From Leptolyngbyaceae cyanobacterium (GTDB taxonomy: Bacteria > Cyanobacteriota > Cyanobacteriia > Phormidesmidales > Phormidesmidaceae), in the NCBI GenBank assembly GCA_965263355.1, contig CBDHHL010000009.1:1-14169 (forward strand): a DNA stretch of 14,169 bases, given 5' to 3'. The notes under the pieces were generated by a model. The model ran no database searches. It was not told where the DNA came from and saw only the letters and a list, made by a program, of their open reading frames with translations. Shown here in pieces: positions 6,278 to 13,634 of this stretch. The translations under genes and the position numbers were made by a program. Position 1 is the first letter of the stretch. The number at the start of each line of letters is the position of its first letter.

Positions 6278-6887
6278 CCCAGCTGATATCCAAATTGATG
6301 AGCTGCCGTCGGTGGAGTTAGTCGACCGAGGTAGCCTCCCAGAGACACCGAGTATTTACTTTGCTGTAGATGAGCAGGGCGTTATTCAATACATAGGTAG
6401 ATCTGTTAACCCGCGACAGCGATGGAATAGACATCATCGACAACATCAGTTCGACGACATAGGTGGCGTCAAAATCGCTTACATCGACTGTCCTGAAGCC
6501 TTGCTTAACGAGGTTGAGGATGCGTTGATTGATTGGTTTAGCCCAGTTCTTAATAGGACTCAAACCTTTTCTCCCAAGCTGCACCAATCCATCGTTCCAC
6601 TGCAGCATAAACAGAGCCCTAAAAATTCGATCCAGTGGAAATTACGTCAAGTTATGGCTGATCGCCAAATGACAAATCGAGCGCTTGCTGAGCTTGTGGG
6701 GATGCACGAAACCTCAATCAGCAACATGAAGCGTCGTGATGACATGCCACGAATCGATGGGGTTTTATTGAATGGGTTGTGTGTTGCACTGAAATGCACT
6801 CCTTATGACTTAATTTTTTATTCAGCGGATGACGAGGGCGCTATCCGTGGGGGGAAGAAAGGCCCCGAACAAAAGGAGGGCTTATGA
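6270..6887 (+). CDS. GIY-YIG nuclease fused to a C-terminal Cro/C1-type HTH
   Basis: PSIYF...QYIGRSVNPRQRWNRHHR...EVEDALIDWFSPVLN, then IQWKLRQVMADRQMTNRALAELVGMHETSISNMK...LCVALKCTPYDLI; start ATG 6270 after GAGGG. Confidence 0.85.
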   Translation: MINPADIQIDELPSVELVDRGSLPETPSIYFAVDEQGVIQYIGRSVNPRQRWNRHHRQHQFDDIGGVKIAYIDCPEALLNEVEDALIDWFSPVLNRTQTFSPKLHQSIVPLQHKQSPKNSIQWKLRQVMADRQMTNRALAELVGMHETSISNMKRRDDMPRIDGVLLNGLCVALKCTPYDLIFYSADDEGAIRGGKKGPEQKEGL

Positions 6888-7636
6888 ACTTCTCTCAGAA
6901 TTTAGCCATGGTCATGGTGCAGTCTGCCGATCAGTTCCCAGTAGACTTTGACAACGCTTGGAAGTGGATCGGATGGACTAGGAAGTCTAAGGCTAAAAAG
7001 ACGTTGACCAACAACTTTGTTGAGGGTGTAGACTTTTGCGCCAGAGGGTGCAAAAGTTCAACTGGTGGGCGTTCCAGTGAGCTTATCCTTTTGACTGTTG
7101 ATTGTTTCAAGTCATTAGGGATGATGGCAGGCACCGAAAAAGGCAAAGAAATCCGCCAGTACTTTTTGAAGTGCGAAAAGCAGGTTAAAGAGATTATCCC
7201 GGCCCAAAATGCTGAGCTAGAGAAGCTGCGTTTAGAGGTAGCTTTATCGCAATCTCGTGAACGACTCGCAGCTGCCACTCAAGCATTGGAGGGTATCTGC
7301 CCTGGGCTCTCAGCACTGGCCTTTGGTAAGCCTGAGGCAATCATTGAAAAAGAACGCCCAACCACAGTAGTCCAAGACGCATATGGGAGATCTGTTACAT
7401 ATGATGGAGCAACCATAACAGAGCTGAGCAAGCGTTATGGGTTTGGGAATGGCACTAAGGCCCGCAACCAATGCCGGGAATGGATTAGGTCCATGGGGAT
7501 TGACGACGGGCAATGGGTTGAAGAACCTGCCGCAAGAATCACCTATAAGCTCCCTAAGGCGATGCTGCCTGTCTTGGACCAGTGCTTCAGTCAGGGTAGA
7601 GGACAGCGCCAAAAATTGTTAGGGGAGACCAACTAA
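6884..7636 (+). CDS. Phage antirepressor-like protein (AntA/AntB-type N-terminal domain, coiled coil)
   Basis: FPVDFDNAWKWIG...NNFVEGVDF...GGRSSELILLTVDCFKSLGMMAGTEKGKEIRQYFLKCEK; AGGAGG RBS; ATGA overlap. Confidence 0.8.
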   Translation: MNFSQNLAMVMVQSADQFPVDFDNAWKWIGWTRKSKAKKTLTNNFVEGVDFCARGCKSSTGGRSSELILLTVDCFKSLGMMAGTEKGKEIRQYFLKCEKQVKEIIPAQNAELEKLRLEVALSQSRERLAAATQALEGICPGLSALAFGKPEAIIEKERPTTVVQDAYGRSVTYDGATITELSKRYGFGNGTKARNQCREWIRSMGIDDGQWVEEPAARITYKLPKAMLPVLDQCFSQGRGQRQKLLGETN

Positions 7637-7743
7637 TGTCATTTCAACGAAACTACCGCGACATGAAAGCCATGATGGCCATTATGGAACACCACCCTGG
7701 TGCTTTGCGGGATGCTCTCACCGATGGGCCATGGGAGTCGTGA
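7636..7743 (+). CDS. 35-aa hypothetical peptide
   Basis: TAATG coupling and GGAG RBS; MSFQRNYRDMKAMMAIMEHHPGALRDALTDGPWES. Confidence 0.4.
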   Translation: MSFQRNYRDMKAMMAIMEHHPGALRDALTDGPWES

Positions 7744-7825
7744 GTTATGGGTAGAACAAAGACCAACTGTTTTGGTATGCCAGCATTATTGAAGAACTAC
7801 GTGGTGGGATGGAGGTAGCGGCGTA

Positions 7826-8149
7826 ATGGAAAGTCCACTTACAAGCAAATTACAGCAACAGTCTTCTGAGTTTGCAGAATACAGAGGCTACGAACTCGTT
7901 GCCCTTGGTGTTTACGCAAAAACCGGATGGGAGCAAAGAGAATCTTTCTACGGCATCCAAATGGGCTTAAATCTACTCAATGGCCACATGGGGCTGATAC
8001 TTGTGTGGTTCAACCAAGGCGACTTTACCGCATGTTCGAAAGAGATTGATGCGGAAAATCTGCGCAAGTTTAGAGGTGCGTTTGACATACTCGATGCAGC
8101 GATAGAAAGTATCGACAAGCTACACGACCAAAGCATGGAGGCAACATGA
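7826..8149 (+). CDS. Hypothetical protein
   Basis: GGAGGT RBS, 107 aa, ATGA overlap with the next gene. Confidence 0.75.
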   Translation: MESPLTSKLQQQSSEFAEYRGYELVALGVYAKTGWEQRESFYGIQMGLNLLNGHMGLILVWFNQGDFTACSKEIDAENLRKFRGAFDILDAAIESIDKLHDQSMEAT

Positions 8150-8454
8150 ACCTAGAAGAGCTAAAGCAAAACCTAACCGCCGCAACCATTGATCAACTAA
8201 CCAACGCGATGGGAGTTTATGCCTTTGCATTGGCCACTTACGACTGGCCGGAAGAAGCTGCTGTTGGCATGACATTGAAGTTGCTAGACGAGCTAATGGA
8301 TGTCTCAGACGAGCTTTGCTCTGGCGTAGAGAAGGAGTTCATCGACGGAGCTAAAAAGCAAACTGAGGCGACTATCGTAGAGGCACTAAGAGCCCAGCGG
8401 GAAAACATCGGTCGCATAAAATCGGCACTGGAAGAAAAGGCCAAGACTAAATGA
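8146..8454 (+). CDS. Hypothetical helical protein
   Basis: GGAGG RBS, 102 aa. Confidence 0.8.
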   Translation: MNLEELKQNLTAATIDQLTNAMGVYAFALATYDWPEEAAVGMTLKLLDELMDVSDELCSGVEKEFIDGAKKQTEATIVEALRAQRENIGRIKSALEEKAKTK

Positions 8455-8466
8455 GGAGACCAATTA

Positions 8467-9186
8467 ATGAAAAATGACAGCTTAACACTAGAGCTAGTGC
8501 GTATCCCTGGGGGCGTCTTTGCCATGGGCTCACCAGAGGGCGAACCGGAGCGTTATGAGGACGAATCGCCGCAGCATAAGGTGCAAGTTCCTGAGTTTTA
8601 TATGGGGAAGTATCCAGTAACGCAGTCCCAGTGGAAGGCGGTTGCAGCGCTGCGCCAAGTAGAACGTAAGCTAGAGGCCAATCCTTCTCGTTTCAAAGGC
8701 GATAACTGTCCTGTAGAGCGAGTTTCCTGGGATGATGCGGTTGAGTTTTGTAAGCGTCTCTCAAAGCACACAGACCGGGAGTATCGACTACCCACTGAAG
8801 CCGAGTGGGAATATGCTTGCCGAGCGGGGACGACGACTCAATATCATTTTGGCGATGCGTTGACGCCAGAGTTGGCCAATTACGACACTAATCCGACAAC
8901 GCCTGTGGGTAACTATCCTCCCAATAAGTTTGGTCTTTATGACATGCATGGCAATGTGTGGGAATGGTGCCAAGACCATTGGCATGAAAATTATGACGGA
9001 GCGCCCACGGATGGCAGCGCATGGGATGATCAAGGAAAGAATGCTAGCCGTGTACTGCGTGGCGGCTCGTGGTACGGACTCCCTAGGTATTGCCGCTCCG
9101 CCTCGCGCATCGGTGCTCAACCCGGCGTCCGCGACTTCATTATCGGTTTTCGAGTTGTTGTCGACGTTGCCGACAGAGAGATGTGA
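8467..9186 (+). CDS. Formylglycine-generating enzyme family (FGE-sulfatase / CLec fold) protein, DGR-target-like
   Basis: [68 protein letters not shown]...CRSASR...IGFRVV. Confidence 0.95.
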   Translation: MKNDSLTLELVRIPGGVFAMGSPEGEPERYEDESPQHKVQVPEFYMGKYPVTQSQWKAVAALRQVERKLEANPSRFKGDNCPVERVSWDDAVEFCKRLSKHTDREYRLPTEAEWEYACRAGTTTQYHFGDALTPELANYDTNPTTPVGNYPPNKFGLYDMHGNVWEWCQDHWHENYDGAPTDGSAWDDQGKNASRVLRGGSWYGLPRYCRSASRIGAQPGVRDFIIGFRVVVDVADREM

Positions 9187-9253
9187 TCGCTCTACTGGCA
9201 TAAAACGGCCTAGGGGAAGGCCAAGATGTAAATCATAATGAGGAAATAACCCA

Positions 9254-9490
9254 ATGACCAAGAAAATCACCACAGTAGGGGCACAGACCTTTGATGCCAG
9301 TCAGAGAGAAATAGTTGTTGATATTGCGGCCCGCATCTACAGGATGATGGGCTATGACATTAGCAATACATCCACAATGTATTTGTTCAACAGCCAGCAC
9401 CCGACAGAAAGGGCAGTACTGCAAGTGGCCGAGGACATCTTCGAAATGTTTTGGGGAGACATCCCCGATTATGACGATGAGGAGGAGTAA
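9254..9490 (+). CDS. Hypothetical protein with acidic tail
   Basis: GAGGA RBS, 78 aa. Confidence 0.75.
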   Translation: MTKKITTVGAQTFDASQREIVVDIAARIYRMMGYDISNTSTMYLFNSQHPTERAVLQVAEDIFEMFWGDIPDYDDEEE

Positions 9491-9494
9491 CCCA

Positions 9495-9665
9495 ATGACC
9501 AAACTATCTGACGCTGAATACGAACAATGGGGGCAGCACATCTGCCCTTGCCTTAATCCATACTGTGAGCCTAAGCAGCGGGCATTGTGCATCAGTCGAG
9601 CCTATCCGCAGCATAAGGCCAGTGTGCGGGCGTGGTTGAAAGAAAAGATAAGTTGGCTACCATAG
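9495..9665 (+). CDS. 56-aa Cys-containing hypothetical protein
   Basis: Start ATG 9495 after GGAGGAG; CPC...C...C pattern. Confidence 0.6.
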   Translation: MTKLSDAEYEQWGQHICPCLNPYCEPKQRALCISRAYPQHKASVRAWLKEKISWLP

Positions 9666-9689
9666 ACCTGTAGCACTTGGAGCAACATC

Positions 9690-9773
9690 ATGATCGTAAT
9701 CGGCGGCATTGCAGGCGACACCGGCCTTATTGGTGGGGATACTGGTTATTTGGGCGGGTTCACGACGGGTTAG
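9690..9773 (+). CDS. 27-aa glycine-rich repeat peptide (not in ORF track)
   Basis: GGAG 7 nt before ATG; MIVIGGIAGDTGLIGGDTGYLGGFTTG. Confidence 0.4.
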   Translation: MIVIGGIAGDTGLIGGDTGYLGGFTTG

Positions 9774-9781
9774 CAAGTCAG

Positions 9782-10447
9782 TTAATTGCTAGAGATATCT
9801 AATAATCGCTCCACGCTCCCTACTGTCTCCAGTTGAAAACTTTCAACAGGCAAGTAAGGCAGTTTCAACGCAGAAGCAGCAGCCCGGTCGCTCTCCATGT
9901 CGCCAATCATTAGTGCCTTCACATCAATCTCCATATCCCGTTCACGTATGCCCAGGGATCTTGCCTCGGCATACTCCATCTCTTCTTGGTCTCTGATAGC
10001 GAGTTCCAGCATCCCTGGCTTTGGCTTTCGATAACCTTGAGTTTGGTAATGCGGATGGTCGTCGTTATGCTCGTGAACAACTGAATACTTTCGGAATGGG
10101 GCCAGCCAACTACCACGGGATACGCGATAAACCTCATCGCGATCGCTCATTTTACCGTTCGGGCACATATATATCCAGTCGCACCATGGGGCTATATCAA
10201 GAAAATACTTGCACTCTGCAACAGCCTGGAGATGAGTTTTATATGGCTTGCCAGTGTCAGGGTTAATATCCTCACAACCCCCTTGGTTAGTAACAGCGAC
10301 GATAACCCAATGCGCTTCTTTTAATTTTTGGCAAAGATCGCCTGTCTTTTTAATTAAAACTTGGTCCTTGGGGTATGTGGGGCACACCTGGCCTGACACC
10401 GTTGTGCGTGCAGTGCCGTCAAGATCAATCAGCAATAGTTTTGTCAT
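9782..10447 (-). CDS. HAD-superfamily subfamily IIIA phosphatase (GmhB / polynucleotide 3'-phosphatase-like)
   Basis: Motif I LLIDLDGT, II VTNQGG, III RKPKPGML, IV MIGDMESD. Confidence 0.9.
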   Translation of the reverse strand: MTKLLLIDLDGTARTTVSGQVCPTYPKDQVLIKKTGDLCQKLKEAHWVIVAVTNQGGCEDINPDTGKPYKTHLQAVAECKYFLDIAPWCDWIYMCPNGKMSDRDEVYRVSRGSWLAPFRKYSVVHEHNDDHPHYQTQGYRKPKPGMLELAIRDQEEMEYAEARSLGIRERDMEIDVKALMIGDMESDRAAASALKLPYLPVESFQLETVGSVERLLDISSN

Positions 10448-10496
10448 AATCGAGGTTTCTCGCTACCAAGACTATAGCCTAATCATCTCAGTCAAA

Positions 10497-10600
10497 TGAC
10501 CATCAAATAGCCAAAACCTTACACATGGCCAGATTCGGCATCTTTCCGTAACTCATTACGGTGACTCATCAAATAGCCTGGCACCGTAACTCATTACGGT
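10497..10600. repeat. Interleaved repeats with two identical palindromes
   Basis: CCGTAA-CTCA-TTACGG(T) at 10546 and 10584; CATCAAATAGCC at 10501 and 10567. Confidence 0.85.
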
Positions 10601-10727
10601 ACCACCCAAAACAAAACCTCAACCCTGAGACTCAATAAGCCCGCCGCCAGCCCTAGGCGTCTGATATCGCGAAAGCAGCGGGCATGGCCATTGTAGCGGA
10701 GATTCCTCAGACATAGAAAGGGAGGTC

Positions 10728-11207
10728 GTGAGAAGATTAACCTGTAAACCACTCCCTAAACAAGCAATGAATGACATTGAATCAAGGCTAGCTTCTCCTG
10801 AGGTATTGGAGGAGTATTATGACTCTAAAACAGACGATCAGCTCTCGGCACTTAATCTGCTTTGGTTAGCAGAAGTTACATGTGAATTGCCTGAAATCTT
10901 GTACAAAGACGACGATCCAAGCCTGATGCAGACTCTAAGCATGAATGACACGTTTGGATGGGCGCTGGCGATGAGTGAATACGTCCCTGACGAGGATTTG
11001 CATGAGGTCGCCAGACTTTATAAGCAGTACGGGCAAGGTGGGCTTATCTATTGGGTTAGTGAACGCAACAATCAAATGCGTAGCGAATTTCCTGCAATAA
11101 ACCGACAGATAGAGTTCGTAAGACAGGAAGAGATCTTGCGGTCTGAAGCCCCAGATTTATCCCAATGGGCTTATAGAAAATTTTCGTACTCGATTGGTGA
11201 GCAATGA
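10728..11207 (+). CDS. Hypothetical protein
   Basis: 159 aa acidic ORF; GTG 10728 (GGAGG very close) or ATG 10767. Confidence 0.75.
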   Translation: MRRLTCKPLPKQAMNDIESRLASPEVLEEYYDSKTDDQLSALNLLWLAEVTCELPEILYKDDDPSLMQTLSMNDTFGWALAMSEYVPDEDLHEVARLYKQYGQGGLIYWVSERNNQMRSEFPAINRQIEFVRQEEILRSEAPDLSQWAYRKFSYSIGEQ

Positions 11208-11223
11208 GCGCTTAGAGTGAACC

Positions 11224-11268
11224 AAAACAAAACCCACCGAGTCGAAATGCTCCAGTGGGTTTTGTTTT
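11224..11268. terminator. Bidirectional intrinsic terminator
   Basis: AAAACAAAACCCAC...GTGGGTTTTGTTTT 14-bp inverted repeat. Confidence 0.8.
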
Positions 11269-11438
11269 AGCTATAATAAGGGGAGCCAATCGCGAATGTG
11301 CCGTTCGCCAAGGCCATGGACACAAAGAGTAAACGAAACGTGTCACTACAATTCTACCAAAACCTAGAGAAGATTGCACCTTGTTTGGCCAAATAGTGGC
11401 TGGGCAGGGTTTTGTTGTGTTTGGGCGTATTCCTGAAA

Positions 11439-11924
11439 ATGTTGAAACGAATAATCTCCGGTGGTCAGACCGGAGCTGACCAAGCAGCTTTAGCAGCTGC
11501 CTATGATCAAGGCATCGAGACTGGTGGATGGTGTTCTAATCAGTGGCTTACTGAAGATGGCCCAGCACCATGGTTAGAAGAAAAGTATGGGCTTAAGGAG
11601 TGCTTAGATCCTGGGTATCCAATCCGGACTATACAGAATATACGAGACTCCGACGGGACGGTCTTGTTTGGTAACACCGAAAGTCCAGGTAGCAAGCTGG
11701 CAATCAAAAACGCCAAATTAATGAAAAAACCGATACTGCATGCCCGCTTTACCATGCAGCCCACCCCCGAAGATCTCGCTGCATGGATTGACGAGTGGAG
11801 CATTGAGATCCTTAACGTTGGTGGCAACAGAGCCAGCAAAAACAAAGCTGTCTACACGCTGACCTATACGACGCTAGCTAAGACTATTGAGATCTTGCGG
11901 CAGCCAATAATCGAACTGCCGTAG
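11439..11924 (+). CDS. SLOG-superfamily protein (putative molybdenum carrier / cpYpsA-like)
   Basis: IISGGQTGADQAAL, GGW, YPIRTIQNIRDSDGT, ILNVGGNRAS; start ATG 11439. Confidence 0.85.
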   Translation: MLKRIISGGQTGADQAALAAAYDQGIETGGWCSNQWLTEDGPAPWLEEKYGLKECLDPGYPIRTIQNIRDSDGTVLFGNTESPGSKLAIKNAKLMKKPILHARFTMQPTPEDLAAWIDEWSIEILNVGGNRASKNKAVYTLTYTTLAKTIEILRQPIIELP

Positions 11925-12125
11925 CATGACCCACCCCGCCACCATACGCATACATAGCCGACCGCTTGACTGTGGCCAGGAGTGTGCCCGCCTATGGCAT
12001 TTTCTTAGGACTATTGCGCAGGCATAGCATCCCATATGTCGAGCTGACTCTTTTCTACTAGCGACACATTCACGGACGGTTCACTCTGTCCTCAAGCCCT
12101 GACGACGAACTATATCAATAGCCCA

Positions 12126-12155
12126 ACAAAAAACGCAGCCTCGAAAGACTGCGTT
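12126..12155 (-). terminator. Intrinsic terminator of the right leftward operon
   Basis: Minus strand AACGCAGTCT-TTCG-AGGCTGCGTT-TTTTG. Confidence 0.85.
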
Positions 12156-12180
12156 ATCTATCCATCAGGTTGGCTTTATT

Positions 12181-12363
12181 CTAGCTTGGGGTTCCTGACT
12201 CCCAGGAAAGTATCAGCTGTAAAACAACCTGCCCTGCCCCAGCGCTGATTAGACTGTCGGGAGTGCTGCCCTCTAGTGCTCTGTGCGGGGTTTTTAGCCA
12301 CTCTTCAGCGGTCGTGTTGTTGTGGCCACACTTTATTAGTTCGGCTTTGATTCGTCGTCTCAT
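12181..12363 (-). CDS. Stand-alone MbcA/ParS/Xre antitoxin C-terminal domain (DUF2384-like)
   Basis: AEEWLKTPHRALEGSTPDSLI...GQVVLQLI fits the family pattern A..Wl..P...L.G.tP..ll....G...V..ll; ATGA coupling. Confidence 0.75.
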   Translation of the reverse strand: MRRRIKAELIKCGHNNTTAEEWLKTPHRALEGSTPDSLISAGAGQVVLQLILSWESGTPS

Positions 12364-12536
12364 ACTGTCTCCAAACTCGCAAACTGAAAATTAAGCATTG
12401 AGCCGTTGGCGAATCTCACTCTGGCTGTTGTCAGGCCAACGCTAACAACAGTACCTGTCTGACCTGCGTACCGGGCTTGCCACCGAGTCAGCCTTGTAGT
12501 GTCGGAGTCTATAGTCACTGTGTCGCCTGGGCTCAT
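12360..12536 (-). CDS. Small SH3/KOW-like beta-barrel protein
   Basis: PGDTVTI...YAGQTGTVVSV...ARVRF; start ATG 12536 with GGAGG RBS and ATGA overlap. Confidence 0.65.
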   Translation of the reverse strand: MSPGDTVTIDSDTTRLTRWQARYAGQTGTVVSVGLTTARVRFANGSMLNFQFASLETV

Positions 12537-12730
12537 CGACTTGCCCCTCCTAGCGCACATTCCCCGCAGGGTTCGGGCGCCTGATCGTCGTCTGTGGGCC
12601 AGAATTCAGCCCTAGGACAAGACCGTGCACTGCAGAGTACGTCATCACTTGGTAGCCCTTGCCGGGTTTCAGCTATAGCTGGGTTTGCGGCTGTTAGTAC
12701 TAGCATGGTCACGCATAATAGTCGTATCAT
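12533..12730 (-). CDS. Small secreted Cys-containing protein
   Basis: Signal peptide MIRLLCVTMLVLTAANPAIA; AAGGAAGG RBS. Confidence 0.6.
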   Translation of the reverse strand: MIRLLCVTMLVLTAANPAIAETRQGLPSDDVLCSARSCPRAEFWPTDDDQAPEPCGECALGGASR

Positions 12731-12757
12731 CGATTTATCCTTCCTTTGTGGTGGGTG

Positions 12758-12788
12758 CCCGGTGGTCAGCTGTCAACTCCCCACCGGG
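12758..12788. repeat. Intergenic stem-loop with AGYTNNNARCT loop core (copy 2)
   Basis: CCCGGTGG/CCACCGGG stem, loop TCAGCTGTCAACTCC. Confidence 0.7.
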
Positions 12789-12794
12789 ATGAAA

Positions 12795-12935
12795 TTAAAC
12801 TTTTTCTATCGTCGAGTTTGGATAATCGGCTTTAGCTTCTCGAAAAGCTTGGCCGATATTTTCGTGTGAATATTTCACAACCAATCCGTCAATCAGAAAG
12901 CTGTACGTTGTTGTCTGTTGTCTTGCTTGACTCAT
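12795..12935 (-). CDS. 46-aa hypothetical protein (not in ORF track)
   Basis: MSQARQQTTTYSFLIDGLVVKYSHENIGQAFREAKADYPNSTIEKV; fills a gap in the operon. Confidence 0.5.
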   Translation of the reverse strand: MSQARQQTTTYSFLIDGLVVKYSHENIGQAFREAKADYPNSTIEKV

Positions 12936-13068
12936 AAGTCTTTCCAAAAAGTTCAAGCAGTAGCGACTCCGAAGAAATCACTTCTGGCTTTGCCTCCGCA
13001 TCGACAGCAGCACGATTTAACGCCGCCTCGATGCTCCTTCCTTCCAACAAAGAGCTGAGTAGTTCCAT
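12889..13068 (-). CDS. Hypothetical protein (59 aa)
   Basis: Start ATG 13068, TAATG-coupled to the upstream stop. Confidence 0.5.
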   Translation of the reverse strand: MELLSSLLEGRSIEAALNRAAVDAEAKPEVISSESLLLELFGKTYESSKTTDNNVQLSD

Positions 13069-13352
13069 TAAATAAACTTCCCCGTCCCCTCTTTGGACCC
13101 GCGAGTCCGAGTTGTCCTCCAACGGCCCTCATATTTGTTAGGGTCGCCGAATGGGAGGGGCTTCGGAGTGGGCAGGGGCTTGGTGATCGATTGCTGAAGA
13201 ATGCCGATCTGCCTTAAAGCGGCTTCATCCCACCAACGGCCATAGAGAAAGGCTTCTCCAGTGGTTCGGTCAAAGTCGAGGTTGATAATGTCACCTGAGC
13301 TATTTCGATAGGGTCGCTGGATGACCCTGGGTGTGTTTTGTTGTTGTTCCAT
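13068..13352 (-). CDS. Hypothetical protein
   Basis: 94 aa, starts 3 nt after the upstream stop. Confidence 0.6.
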   Translation of the reverse strand: MEQQQNTPRVIQRPYRNSSGDIINLDFDRTTGEAFLYGRWWDEAALRQIGILQQSITKPLPTPKPLPFGDPNKYEGRWRTTRTRGSKEGTGKFI

Positions 13353-13355
13353 AGT

Positions 13356-13562
13356 TCAATTGAATAGTTGTGGATAATCTGCGATCGCCCGTCGGACCAC
13401 TCTGCCGCGTTCTTCTAGTGTTTCTGATGGCAGTTTGACCAGCGATGCGTATACGTTTATCGATTGGTCCAGGGCCTGTTCACTCCCAGTTGGCCCTATG
13501 TTCTGGGCCATAGTCTGGGCCACCTGCTTCTTCCGCTGCTCAGGGCTAAGAGTTTTTGCCAT
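13356..13562 (-). CDS. Hypothetical protein
   Basis: 68 aa, GGGGG upstream of ATG. Confidence 0.65.
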   Translation of the reverse strand: MAKTLSPEQRKKQVAQTMAQNIGPTGSEQALDQSINVYASLVKLPSETLEERGRVVRRAIADYPQLFN

Positions 13563-13634
13563 GCTGCCCCCGTTGAATTTCAGGCTGCTCTACCACCCCA
13601 TTGGTTGGGGGCGTAATTGGTTTGTTTTGCATAT

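Noticed and set aside
10620..10690. Hammerhead or pistol ribozyme
   Set aside because: CTGATAT instead of CTGATGA and no UH site; no upstream loop complementary to CCCTAG for the pistol pseudoknot
11926..12121. Short plus-strand ORFs or possible pseudogene after the SLOG gene
   Set aside because: About 30 codons each, no clear RBS or recognisable motif
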